From contig OZ246001.1 of assembly GCA_965230295.1 (NCBI GenBank), forward strand, positions 2,624,001-2,688,000: DNA of 64,000 nucleotides, in the 5' to 3' direction. The position numbers and the translations under genes were made by a program. This document shows positions 40,813 through 50,884 of this stretch, in pieces (position 1 is the first letter of the stretch; each line of letters begins with the position of its first letter). Source of the DNA: Marinicella sp. (GTDB lineage: Bacteria > Pseudomonadota > Gammaproteobacteria > Xanthomonadales > Marinicellaceae). Under the pieces are notes generated by a model. The model was not told where the DNA came from. It saw only the letters and a program-made list of their open reading frames with translations, and ran no database searches.

Positions 40813-41358
40813 TTATCTGAAGCGAAAGGTCATTTGGTCACTGTCAATGGTCACATCAATGTGTATGTTTCTTCCGAATCTTTTTAAGCGTTCTTTGATG
40901 TGAAGTTGTTCTTCAACGATTTGCCCATCGTTGTTGAGCCATTGCAAAGTGGGTTCTTCCATGAGGAAACCCAAATCCACGACTTGCATTTGTGCCGGGT
41001 CTAAACAGATTTCATGTTTTCGGCGGCTGGTTTGAATGAACAGTTGTTTGTGGTTCAGACCATGACTTGGGGAACAAAACAGAATGGATTTAGGTTGACT
41101 GTATTCGTAAGCATGCTTGCCTAACCACAAAGCCAAGCCGGCATGTGGAGTCAATCGACTGATCAAATCGATGCCCTTGTAGCGAATGATCATCATCAAT
41201 AAGGCAAAACCAAATGCCACAAAGGAAAACAACAAGAACGATGTCCTCAAAACATCACTGAAGGAAAACTGCTCGGGGGACTGATCAGGTACATAGACCC
41301 ACAGCAGCACCCACAACATGGCCACCAAAATGAAAAATGAAACAGATTTTCTGAACAA
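40813..41358 (-). CDS. Hypothetical membrane protein (two N-terminal hydrophobic segments)
   Basis: 181-aa ORF filling the gap after dnaE; no recognisable motif. Confidence 0.6.
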   Translation of the reverse strand: MFRKSVSFFILVAMLWVLLWVYVPDQSPEQFSFSDVLRTSFLLFSFVAFGFALLMMIIRYKGIDLISRLTPHAGLALWLGKHAYEYSQPKSILFCSPSHGLNHKQLFIQTSRRKHEICLDPAQMQVVDLGFLMEEPTLQWLNNDGQIVEEQLHIKERLKRFGRNIHIDVTIDSDQMTFRFR

Positions 41359-41481
41359 TTGAGGTTCTCAGTTTAAAAAGAGCATCTTAGCAGAACTATT
41401 GTTGTTCAATACGTGACTTTCGCTATGCAACATCTTCACTGATTGTTGGTAGAATCATGACTACTTTGAATCGAGAAAGGC

Positions 41482-42639
41482 ATGAAAAAGCACCTATATA
41501 TATTTAGCCTCTTGCTGATGTTCAGCATGACTGTTCACAGTAAGACCTGGTATTTAGTCAGGCATGCAGAAAAAGTAGACGATGGCAGCAAAAATCCAGT
41601 GTTGACCAGCCAGGGAGAACAACGTGCAAAAAACATCGCTGGTCTGCTGGCAACAGCCCATATTGATGCCATTTATGCCACAGATTATCACAGGACCCAA
41701 TTAACGGCTAAACCATTGGCCGAATTACTAGGGCTGCCTGTCACTTCGTATGACCCCAGCGCATTACCGGCTTTTGCTGAACAGTTAAAAACAGTTCCTG
41801 GCAATGCCCTGATTGTGGGACACAGCAACACCACACCCATGTTGGCTTATTTATTGTCGGGCCAACCCATGATCAATTTAGATGATGTGGATTATGACAA
41901 TGTTTTCCAAATTACCAACAACAGCGAACAAACTGAAGTGACTCTGTTGAAAAGTTTGCCCAGTCAAGTGGCCCAACCACTGACTCAATTTTCACCCTTG
42001 CACGATCGTTATTTTAACGGTGAGTTGACGTTCAATATGTTGCTCAATGCAGATGTGGTCGGTCAGTCTGTTCATGGTTTTGCAAGCCAAGATGGCCAAT
42101 ACAAATTACATGAAAAAACCAGCATTGAGGCTTACAACATTCATGCCGATATTTCGGCGGTGGTTAACCAAGTAGATTTGTCGCCAGTCAGCATGAACAT
42201 GCAAGGCACCATGGGAGGTCCAGTTGATATCAGCATGCAATGGCAAGGAAATTCAGTCAAAGGTCACAGTGAAATGGCGCGAGAGGGCTTCAAGGCACAA
42301 GGCCGATTGGCAATTAACACTCAACTCAGGCCAAAGACGTTGGAACGCACCAGCACCATCATGTTGGCTCACTTGTTACCAGTCACTGAACAACAACCCT
42401 TGTTCTTGAATTGGTTCAATGCCTATGATGCCGATAATCGTTTGATCAATATCACCTATGAAGGTGAGGAATCTGTCACCGTACCTGCGGGAACTTTTGA
42501 GACAGTCAAAATCAAATACTCTGGTGGGGCACCATCGCAGTATTACTGGATTGATAAAAACCAGGCAAAAGTCGTGAAAATACAAGTGATCAAATCGCCC
42601 TGGAGTTATGAACTGGTAAAAGCTGAAATCAAATCATGA
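41482..42639 (+). CDS. Secreted histidine-phosphatase (SixA-like) domain fused to a DUF3108-like beta domain
   Basis: Signal peptide; LVRHAEK, RTQLTA, LIVGHSNT; C-terminal EESVTVPAGTFETVKI motif. Confidence 0.75.
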   Translation: MKKHLYIFSLLLMFSMTVHSKTWYLVRHAEKVDDGSKNPVLTSQGEQRAKNIAGLLATAHIDAIYATDYHRTQLTAKPLAELLGLPVTSYDPSALPAFAEQLKTVPGNALIVGHSNTTPMLAYLLSGQPMINLDDVDYDNVFQITNNSEQTEVTLLKSLPSQVAQPLTQFSPLHDRYFNGELTFNMLLNADVVGQSVHGFASQDGQYKLHEKTSIEAYNIHADISAVVNQVDLSPVSMNMQGTMGGPVDISMQWQGNSVKGHSEMAREGFKAQGRLAINTQLRPKTLERTSTIMLAHLLPVTEQQPLFLNWFNAYDADNRLINITYEGEESVTVPAGTFETVKIKYSGGAPSQYYWIDKNQAKVVKIQVIKSPWSYELVKAEIKS

Positions 42640-42647
42640 TCTGTTGA

Positions 42648-43745
42648 TCATCGTTTTGTTGCCAATTGATACAGCTCCTTGGTTCTGATGCCATCGCTTT
42701 CTGGATCATCGATCCAGCTTTGACAGTGTTTAATGATTAATTCGGCCAGCAGTTCTATGTGGTCTGCTTGGGCGTTCAAGGCAGGAATGTAACTGAATTG
42801 CTTACCGCCCGCTTCGATAAAATAGCCTTTGTTCTCCACGGCAATTTCTTCCAAGGTTTCCAGGCAGTCTGCTGCGAAACCTGGGCAAATGATTTGAACA
42901 TGGTTATGTCCCTGTTCTGGTAAGGTTTTGAGTGTGTCCATGGTATATGGTTTTAACCACTCTTCACGGCCGAATATGGATTGAAATGTGATCTTGTATT
43001 GGTCATTGTTCAACCCCAGTTTTTCTGCCAACAGTCGACCGGTTTTGTGACACTCACAGTGGTAAGGGTCACCATTCAACAAATAGCGTTTGGGGACGCC
43101 ATGGAATGACATCAACAATTGATCCGGTTGGCCGTGTTGTTGCCAATGTTGTTTAACGGTGTTGGCCAATGCTTCAATGTATGCCGGATGGTCATGGTAA
43201 TGGTTGATGAACCTGGTTTCTGGAATTAAGCGCCAGCTTTGCATTTCTGTAGTCACCGCATCAAAAATTGACGCAGTGGTAGATGCAGAATATTGCGGAT
43301 ACAAGGGCAGCACCAATAGCCGATCTACATTTTTTTCTTTGAGCTTGGCCAATCCATGTTTGATCGACGGGTTACCATAACGCATGGCCAATTCAGTTTC
43401 TATTTCAATGTTGTTGGATTCAAAATGTTCTGTAATGGCGTGGTGTTGCTGTTTACTGATGGCCATCAAAGGTGAGCCTTCACCCACTTCATTCCATATG
43501 CTGGCATAAGCAGCGGCTGACTTTTTAGGTCTGATGTTTAAAATCACCCCATTTAAGATCAGCCACCAGATCCACCTTGGGAAGGTGGTCTCAACCACCC
43601 GAGGATCGGATAAGAATTCTTTGAGGTAGACCTTCAAAGCTTTTTTAGTCGGGGCATCCGGTGTGCCTAAGTTAACCATCAGGACTCCGATTTTTAATGC
43701 ATCACCATGTTGATAAGCGGTGGTATTTTTGTATTTCACGCTCAA
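42648..43745 (-). CDS. hemH: Ferrochelatase
   Basis: NLGTP, EFLSDPRVVE, AMRYGNP, PLYPQYS, SFHGVP, WLKPYT, DCLETLEEI. Confidence 0.97.
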   Translation of the reverse strand: MSVKYKNTTAYQHGDALKIGVLMVNLGTPDAPTKKALKVYLKEFLSDPRVVETTFPRWIWWLILNGVILNIRPKKSAAAYASIWNEVGEGSPLMAISKQQHHAITEHFESNNIEIETELAMRYGNPSIKHGLAKLKEKNVDRLLVLPLYPQYSASTTASIFDAVTTEMQSWRLIPETRFINHYHDHPAYIEALANTVKQHWQQHGQPDQLLMSFHGVPKRYLLNGDPYHCECHKTGRLLAEKLGLNNDQYKITFQSIFGREEWLKPYTMDTLKTLPEQGHNHVQIICPGFAADCLETLEEIAVENKGYFIEAGGKQFSYIPALNAQADHIELLAELIIKHCQSWIDDPESDGIRTKELYQLATKR

Positions 43746-43930
43746 GCAAATCTAATTTGAATGTGCTTGGTATTTTAGCGGTTGAAGGTGAGTATGGGGT
43801 GAAAGAATTCAGGATTCTGCACCCACAAAAGAACAATGACCCCACTTCACAAGAAATTGATTGTTGAGACTTTAAACTTCGTGACTTATTATCTATTGTT
43901 GAATCCATAAATAAAACTTACATTCGTTGC

Positions 43931-44662
43931 ATGATTAATCCTAGCCTTACAAATACCGCGTCCAAAGTGTCCATTTCTTTGTTCTCACTACTGCTGTTCA
44001 GTTTTTTGGTCAGTTGTGGTGGCGAATCCGGCACCCGTTCAGAGGATCAAAAACAAACAGATACAACTGCACCTGTAGTCAAAGACAAGTATGTGGTGTT
44101 GGCACTGGGTGATTCATTGACAGAAGGTCTGGGCGTTGCAAAGGATGGCAATTACCCTGCCTTATTACAGGCAGCCCTTCATGACCAAGGATTTAAGCAG
44201 GTAGAAGTGGTCAATTCAGGATTAAGTGGAGAAACCAGTAGTGGACTGCTGTCTCGTGTGGATTGGGTGTTACAACTCAAACCGAAACTCACCATCTTAA
44301 ATATTGGTGCCAATGATGCCATGCGCGGCCTGCCTCTAGATTTAACCACCAATAACATCAATGAAATCATCAAACGCATCCAGGCATCAGGATCCGATGT
44401 GGTTCTTGCCGGCATGCAAATATATGACAACCTGGGACGTGAATATGTATCTGGCTTTAAAGACATGTACCCAACCATCGCAATACAACACCAGTTGACC
44501 ATGATTCCGTTTTTCCTTGAACATGTTGCCGGGGATGCCAAATACAACCAAGCTGATTTGATTCATCCAACTCGAGCAGGTTATGAAGTCATCGTTTCAC
44601 GCAATGTTCTACCGGTGGTGTTGCCCATCATCGAAAAACGGTTGAATGCCAGCCCCCAATAA
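43931..44662 (+). CDS. tesA: SGNH/GDSL arylesterase-thioesterase (TesA-like), predicted lipoprotein
   Basis: LGDSLTEG, NSGLSGETS, GANDAMRG, DLIHP; lipobox LVSC. Confidence 0.85.
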   Translation: MINPSLTNTASKVSISLFSLLLFSFLVSCGGESGTRSEDQKQTDTTAPVVKDKYVVLALGDSLTEGLGVAKDGNYPALLQAALHDQGFKQVEVVNSGLSGETSSGLLSRVDWVLQLKPKLTILNIGANDAMRGLPLDLTTNNINEIIKRIQASGSDVVLAGMQIYDNLGREYVSGFKDMYPTIAIQHQLTMIPFFLEHVAGDAKYNQADLIHPTRAGYEVIVSRNVLPVVLPIIEKRLNASPQ

Positions 44663-44675
44663 CCCAAACGAAAAA

Positions 44676-45359
44676 ATGACCATGACAGAACAAACCAACG
44701 CCAGCGTTTTGGACGCTCAAAATATCAACAAATCATTTCAACTGGATCAACTTGAAATTGAAGTTCTTAATGACATTTCATTGCAAGTGAAACAAGGTGA
44801 ATTTGTCGCCATCATGGGGAAATCAGGATCAGGAAAATCCACTTTGCTGAGTTTGCTGGCCGGGTTGGACCAACCTACATCCGGCAAAATTTCACTCAAT
44901 GGAGAAGACCTCACTGACATGAGTGAAGAACAGCTGGCTTTGAAACGGCAGTCAGACATCGGATTTGTGTTTCAGTCTTTTCATTTAATCCCCACTTTGT
45001 CAGTGAAGGAAAACATTGAATTTCCCCTGAGTATTGCCCGCAAGAACGATCAGCAAAGGGTTCAGGAACTGATTGAGGCGGTAGAACTGAGTCATCGCAG
45101 CAACAGTTTTCCTCATCAGTTATCTGGTGGAGAGAAACAACGCACGGCCATCGCCCGGGCGTTGGTGGCCAATCCACAAATACTTTTTGCTGACGAGCCC
45201 ACTGGTAACTTGGATGAAAAGAATGCAGATCAGGTGATGCAATTGTTATTGAGTTTACAAAAAGCCTTTAACACCGCTTTGGTGATTGTTACCCATGACC
45301 CCAGCTTGGCTGCGATGGCAGACCGCACCATCACCATTGTGGACGGCCAACTGGTATGA
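44676..45359 (+). CDS. ybbA: ABC transporter ATP-binding protein (YbbA/LolD-like)
   Basis: GKSGSGKST, LSGGEKQR, FADEPTGNLD, VTHD. Start uncertain (44646/44676/44682). Confidence 0.85.
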   Translation: MTMTEQTNASVLDAQNINKSFQLDQLEIEVLNDISLQVKQGEFVAIMGKSGSGKSTLLSLLAGLDQPTSGKISLNGEDLTDMSEEQLALKRQSDIGFVFQSFHLIPTLSVKENIEFPLSIARKNDQQRVQELIEAVELSHRSNSFPHQLSGGEKQRTAIARALVANPQILFADEPTGNLDEKNADQVMQLLLSLQKAFNTALVIVTHDPSLAAMADRTITIVDGQLV

Positions 45360-47878
45360 AATCAAATGGCATACAACCCTTGAACGGCGTCATCATTAGA
45401 CGGGAGTGGCTGGGACATTGGATTTATCCCTTGTTGTTTTGTTTCAGTTTATTGGTTTCACTGGGTGCTTATTTGACCCTGGATTCCTTACAAAATGCTG
45501 TTGATGATTACATCACCGACAATCAGAAAGCCATGGTAGGGGGAGACCTCATCGTTCGATCAAGGCAAGCATTACCCGAAAACATTGAACAATGGGTTGC
45601 TCAATTACCAGCCAAAGACGTTGTGAATGATCGACAGTTCAATGCGATGACCTATGCGGGTGATGCGTCTTTGTTGGTCAGGATCAAAGCCATTGATCAC
45701 AGCTACCCCTTGTATGGTTCGTTGAAGTTGGCATCAGGTAATGATTTATCAACACAGTTAAAATCTGGCCAGGTGTTGGTTGAGCGGCAAGTCCTAACGG
45801 GGCTTGAATTGAACATAGGTGATGTCATCCAAGTTGGCGAGTCTCAATTTGAAATTGTCGACGAAATCATGGAAGAGCCTGATCGACCATTGACTGCTTT
45901 TGGCTTTGGTGCACGGGTGATGATGCTGAATGAAGATTTGGCCTCAACTGGCTTACTTGGACAACGAAGTCGCGTCAACTATCGGGTAGAAATCAAAACC
46001 AGTGATGCCGAGCGAGATGAGTTGGAACAACAGTTGTTGGCATTAACGGCAGATACCAAAGTCAGTGTCACCACCGTGGACCAATCACAAACCAGTATTT
46101 CAGCGTTGTCTGCAAACTTTTTAAAGTTTCTCAAGTTGTTGGTGGTGGCAGTGATTGTTTTATCAGGTGTGGGTTTGATGAGTGTAGTCAAGGCCTTTGT
46201 CAATCGTCAACAGCAGACCAACGCCATCAGAAGGGCCATTGGTGAACCGATTGCTCAATTGAAAAATGGTTATTACCGATTGTTCTTTTTCATGACATTT
46301 GTGGCTGTTGGATTGGCCTGGTTATTAAGCCAAGTGGTGCTTTATTTGGGATATGATGCTTTTGCAGCCATTATTCCGGCTCAAGTAACGCTCGAAATCA
46401 GCCTCATCAGTGTGGGTAAAGTCTTGCTCATAGCCATGGCATTGACCTGGTTGATGACACACAGCACCATTCAAGCCTTATCTGCAGTTAAACCTGTGGC
46501 CGTATTGCAGCAACAAACCACCAGCACACCGCAATGGTATTTCTCACGTTATTGGTTGTTGTTGTCGTTGTTGAGTTTGTATTTATTGCTTTCATTGGAA
46601 CTGTCTTCATGGTGGCAAGGCTTACAAGTCTCTTTGGGATTGATGGTCATCAGTTTGGTGTTCTGGTTGTTCAGTCAACTCATATTACGCACTTTGAAAA
46701 TGTTAACCAACCGTGGCTGGATCAGTCATTGGTTGTTGAAACTGTCGATCCAAAACATCTTTCGCAAAGGCAACCAGTCGATGTTGTTCTTCACCACCAT
46801 GTCCATGGCCGTGATGGTGATGTGGAGTATCACGGCATTGAATCACACCATTGACCAACAATTGATCAGTACTTACCCGGAAAATTCACCCAATATGTTC
46901 ATGCTGGATGTACAAAGTGAACAACATGAGTCGCTGAATGAGATCATTGCTCAACCCATTACTTATTACCCGGTGATCAGGGCCCGGATAGCGACAGTCA
47001 ATGGTATAGATGCGGAGACTTTGAAAAATCAATTGGGAAACTATGACAACATCACCCGTATTTTCAACCTCAGTTATGGGACAGAAATCCTGCCCACTGA
47101 ACAATTAAGCCAGTCGATACAGGCCGGTGAATTGTTTGCAACCAGAGATCAAGAGTCAGATGCTGTGCCCATTTCAATTTTAGATACCATCGCAGGGTAT
47201 TTGGAAGTGTCTTTGAATGATGAAGTGGTGTTTGACATCCAGGGTGTAAAAATGAAAACTTACATCAGCAGCATCCGAAGCCGCTTCCAACGAGGCCCCA
47301 GTCCGTTTTTCTATTTCATGTTTCAACCAGAAGTGATGTCCAAAGCGCCGCAGATTCAATTTGCCACGGCTAAAGTTGAAGCCAAAGATATTCCTCAATT
47401 GCAAACCACCATAGCCAAGCAATTCCCGGGCATCACCACATTAGATGGCGCCAGTATCGCTAAACAGTTAAAGGGTTTTGTTGATCAGCTGACTCAACTG
47501 GTACAAATTTTTACGGGTTTAAGTGTACTGGCCGGGGTCATGATCCTGGTGACCTCATTGGTGTCAACCTCTCAGGATCGTTTACAAGAAAGTGCTTATT
47601 TTAGATTGATGGGCATGCTGACAAACGACCTGTATGCAATCAACGTGATCGAGTTATTGTTGTTAGGCCTGTTGGCATTTGTGGCTGGAGGAATGCTCGG
47701 CTTGGCAGTGTCATATGCCATAACGACTTTTTGGTTTGCTTTGCCCTTTGTTTTCCCTTGGCAAGTGAGTTTATGGTCATTGTTAATTTTGATGGCCACT
47801 TTGCTGTTTGTCAGTTTTGCTTATGGGCGCTTTGTGATCAAATCGAATGTGATGAATTTGGTGAGACAAATGGTTTGA
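45356..47878 (+). CDS. ybbP: ABC transporter permease (YbbP/FtsX-like, type VII)
   Basis: GGDL, YPLYG, FGARVMM, PNMFMLDVQ, PVIRARI motifs; duplicated FtsX architecture. Confidence 0.8.
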   Translation: MKSNGIQPLNGVIIRREWLGHWIYPLLFCFSLLVSLGAYLTLDSLQNAVDDYITDNQKAMVGGDLIVRSRQALPENIEQWVAQLPAKDVVNDRQFNAMTYAGDASLLVRIKAIDHSYPLYGSLKLASGNDLSTQLKSGQVLVERQVLTGLELNIGDVIQVGESQFEIVDEIMEEPDRPLTAFGFGARVMMLNEDLASTGLLGQRSRVNYRVEIKTSDAERDELEQQLLALTADTKVSVTTVDQSQTSISALSANFLKFLKLLVVAVIVLSGVGLMSVVKAFVNRQQQTNAIRRAIGEPIAQLKNGYYRLFFFMTFVAVGLAWLLSQVVLYLGYDAFAAIIPAQVTLEISLISVGKVLLIAMALTWLMTHSTIQALSAVKPVAVLQQQTTSTPQWYFSRYWLLLSLLSLYLLLSLELSSWWQGLQVSLGLMVISLVFWLFSQLILRTLKMLTNRGWISHWLLKLSIQNIFRKGNQSMLFFTTMSMAVMVMWSITALNHTIDQQLISTYPENSPNMFMLDVQSEQHESLNEIIAQPITYYPVIRARIATVNGIDAETLKNQLGNYDNITRIFNLSYGTEILPTEQLSQSIQAGELFATRDQESDAVPISILDTIAGYLEVSLNDEVVFDIQGVKMKTYISSIRSRFQRGPSPFFYFMFQPEVMSKAPQIQFATAKVEAKDIPQLQTTIAKQFPGITTLDGASIAKQLKGFVDQLTQLVQIFTGLSVLAGVMILVTSLVSTSQDRLQESAYFRLMGMLTNDLYAINVIELLLLGLLAFVAGGMLGLAVSYAITTFWFALPFVFPWQVSLWSLLILMATLLFVSFAYGRFVIKSNVMNLVRQMV

Positions 47879-48040
47879 TGAAGACCATGAGCAAATGTCA
47901 GGTGACAATTATTTTCAGCAGTTAAAGTCATCGAATTTGTATGACAACCTGTTAAAGTGAAGAACAAATAAAGCAGTGTAAAACATTAGTCTTGAAAGAA
48001 AAAATACATTTTTAGGTGTGATTCATGGCAAAATAAAGAA

Positions 48041-48440
48041 ATATGACAGCGCGTTGTAAAGCTGCTGAGCAGCTTGACCCGCCGAGCCGGTTAGGCAAAT
48101 CATGCAATCATGGCGATTTTGCAAAGCAAAGAAGCCTTGATGTAATGATTGATTAGCCGTGAGCTTTTGATGTTGCGGCCGCTATCGCTCCTAGCTATCG
48201 CGGCAGACCTACATCCATGTAGGCCAATCAGAGGCGAAGAGAATAGCCAATGAGCATATGGTGATTTGACGAAGTCAAGAAGCCTTATGTGAATGGCGTT
48301 ATAGCACAGGCAATGAAAGTTGGGCGGTTTTATCGAAGATAAAGAAGCCCGATTTGAATGCCGCAGTGCGTGCGAGGTAGCAAGTCATGTTCGCTGTGGT
48401 CGTTTTCACTTTTGTCAGGAACAAAAGTGAATGAAGCCCC
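48041..48440 (+). ncRNA. Candidate large structured non-coding element (multi-hairpin RNA or folded repeat element), unassigned family
   Basis: ORF-free and richer in GC than its flanks. Four related hairpins each closed by GAAGCC, a closing stem ATATGAC/GTCATGT, and G-U wobbles that favour the + strand. Confidence 0.6.
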
Positions 48441-48594
48441 AAGAACATTCCTAATAAGTGTGGAGCTGTCAAAATATAAAGTGTGAGTCAGTTAACCTTG
48501 ACAGTGTGTGCCGGAATCTATTTTGGATTTGCCAAGATGGATGTGATTGTAGATGTTCAAACAACATTTGAACTCGTAAACCATAACTGGCGAA

Positions 48595-50823
48595 ATGAAT
48601 AAGAAAATTGAAAATGTCACGAAAGACAATGTTGTTGAAATCAACCAGATGACAAAACAAAAAAATCAATCCGCTTTCACCAAGCACCTGCATGAAACCC
48701 ACAGGATCTTCGTACAGTCGCTGAATCCCAGGTTAAAAAGCTTTTTTGAAGGCTTGAATGACTTCTTTTTTGACATGGCTGAAAAAGCAGAAAACAACGC
48801 CATTCAGAATCAATATTTTGCTGCCATTGGTGATACCCGGAAAAACAAAACTGAACTGACCAGGCAATTTGCTAAAAATGTGAATGTCATTTTTCAGAAA
48901 TTCAAATCAAAGGATTTCGTCTATTTTATTGAAAATGATGAGCAAACAGACCAAACCAAAAAAGACCTGACATTAATCAAGGAGGACGACTTAGATCAAA
49001 AACTCGCGATCAATAATGTGATTGCCAAAATCAGCCAGTTCTACCACGAAGACTTGTATATGTTGAATGAGCGTTATTCTGAATTGGTCGAAATGGATGG
49101 CGAGGTAGATAACCATGCCAATCCGATTGGACCTGATGCCATTGTCAATGCATTTGCTTTGTCTCTGAAAGTTTTGAAGTCAGAAAACAACATCAAACTG
49201 ATGATCATTAAGTTGTTCGAAAAAAACATGGTTGAAAGTTTGGGGCCGGCTTATCGCATGGTTAACAAATATTTTAAAAAGAACGACATCCTGCCTGAGA
49301 TTAAGTTTGAAGTTAAGCAACAGCCCAGCGCTGGCCATGCCATGAATAACTCCATCAATTATTTGGCCCATGCTTTGTCAGAAGAAGATGAAAACTACAA
49401 GAAAATCGCCAACATTTTAGAGCACGACAGAGAACAAGCGCCTCAACAGAGTTACTCTGCAGAAAGCATTGTTCAATTTTCACAATTGTCAGATGCGTTG
49501 GACCAAATAAAAGTCGAATTACTCAGTGATCAAGAGCTCGAAACCAAACAGAGCATCAGTCCATTGGAACTGAAAGATGAGCTGATCAGAAAACTGAAAT
49601 CACTCAAGGCGATGACTGAAGGCCAGCAAATCAATGTGGCTGATGAAAACACCATCGATTTGATCGGTGAAATGTTTCAATTTCTGGTTGATGACAGAAA
49701 TTTACCTGAAACCATCCAATTGGTGCTTTCGAAACTGCAATTACCCTATTTACAGATTGCCTTAAAAGACGATACTTTTTTCTCTGATAAGCACAACAAT
49801 GCGCGTCAATTGCTTAACATCATGGCAGAAAGCTCCATAGGTTGGTCAGCTGAAACCGATGACAAATCTGTGTTTTTGAAAAAAATAAAGGAAATTGTTG
49901 GTTTCATACTGAAGAATCATGAGAAAAGCATCAACTATGAACGGTTGATAGAACGATTCATCCAGTTTGACCAGCAACTGAAGAAGCGCTCTTTGATTGT
50001 AGAGCGGAGAACTTCAGAGAAAGTATCAGGAAGAGAGCGCTTAAGTTTAGCTAAGAACGAAACAGCTGAGGTTTTGAAGAAGAATCTAAAAGGTCAGAAA
50101 GTACCTCCATTGGTTCGTGAGATTCTGCTTAAACCTTGGGCCAATGTCTTGATCTTGTCCGAATTAAGGAAGCAAGACTCCCCGGAATTGTTGTTTAAGC
50201 ACCAGGATTTCGTCCGTAAGTTAGTGAATGCTGCCAACCCGGACAACCATGTCAAAAGATCAGACAAAGCCATTAAAGATCTATGCAATGAGATGATCGA
50301 AGGCCTCAAGTTGGTTGCTTATGACGTCAAAGATTTGCGAGAAAAATCCAAAGAAATGCAGTCATGTTTGGAGAAAATCAATGGAGTCAGAACCGATGAA
50401 CAACCGATAGACTTTGTTGACCCAAAAGAAATTTTAAAACTATCAAAAGAGTTCAACCGTGAATCCAGTGTGGGTGAATTGATTGAAAACCCTGATTTGA
50501 GCATGGAGCCACCAACAGATATCCCTGAAGTTGATGACGAATTTCATCAATCTGCCCACAATGTTAAGTTGGGTGAGTGGATAGAAATTAACAGTAAGAA
50601 AAAACCCCAACGGGTTAAGTTGTCATGGATCAGTCCCATCAGTGGCAAAATGCTCTACGTCGATGCCAAAGGGGCGAAGGTGATTGACCTGTTCCCCATT
50701 GAATTGGCTGCTAAACTGCGCAACAAAGAATACCACTTGTTGCAGCAAATCCCCATCCTTGACCGGGCCATGTCGTCGATTGCAGATAAAATGAAAAAAA
50801 GAAAAGCGGCTTCAGGTAAATAA
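48595..50823 (+). CDS. DUF1631 family protein
   Basis: FFDMAEKAENNAIQNQYF, NPIGP, IDLIGEMFQFLVDD, LQLPYLQIALKD, KLSWISPISGKMLYVD. Confidence 0.85.
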   Translation: MNKKIENVTKDNVVEINQMTKQKNQSAFTKHLHETHRIFVQSLNPRLKSFFEGLNDFFFDMAEKAENNAIQNQYFAAIGDTRKNKTELTRQFAKNVNVIFQKFKSKDFVYFIENDEQTDQTKKDLTLIKEDDLDQKLAINNVIAKISQFYHEDLYMLNERYSELVEMDGEVDNHANPIGPDAIVNAFALSLKVLKSENNIKLMIIKLFEKNMVESLGPAYRMVNKYFKKNDILPEIKFEVKQQPSAGHAMNNSINYLAHALSEEDENYKKIANILEHDREQAPQQSYSAESIVQFSQLSDALDQIKVELLSDQELETKQSISPLELKDELIRKLKSLKAMTEGQQINVADENTIDLIGEMFQFLVDDRNLPETIQLVLSKLQLPYLQIALKDDTFFSDKHNNARQLLNIMAESSIGWSAETDDKSVFLKKIKEIVGFILKNHEKSINYERLIERFIQFDQQLKKRSLIVERRTSEKVSGRERLSLAKNETAEVLKKNLKGQKVPPLVREILLKPWANVLILSELRKQDSPELLFKHQDFVRKLVNAANPDNHVKRSDKAIKDLCNEMIEGLKLVAYDVKDLREKSKEMQSCLEKINGVRTDEQPIDFVDPKEILKLSKEFNRESSVGELIENPDLSMEPPTDIPEVDDEFHQSAHNVKLGEWIEINSKKKPQRVKLSWISPISGKMLYVDAKGAKVIDLFPIELAAKLRNKEYHLLQQIPILDRAMSSIADKMKKRKAASGK

Positions 50824-50884
50824 CTTAAGACCAGAAAAGAATGCAAGATGACGTCCTTGTCATACCTGCTTCCTGAGCTCAATA

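Noticed and set aside
48041-48445. tmRNA, RNase P or CRISPR interpretation of the structured element
   Set aside because: The minus strand starts GGGGCT but lacks the tRNA-like 3' end and tag ORF; there is no GAGGAAAGTCC RNase P motif; the repeats are non-identical, irregularly spaced and have no cas genes nearby.
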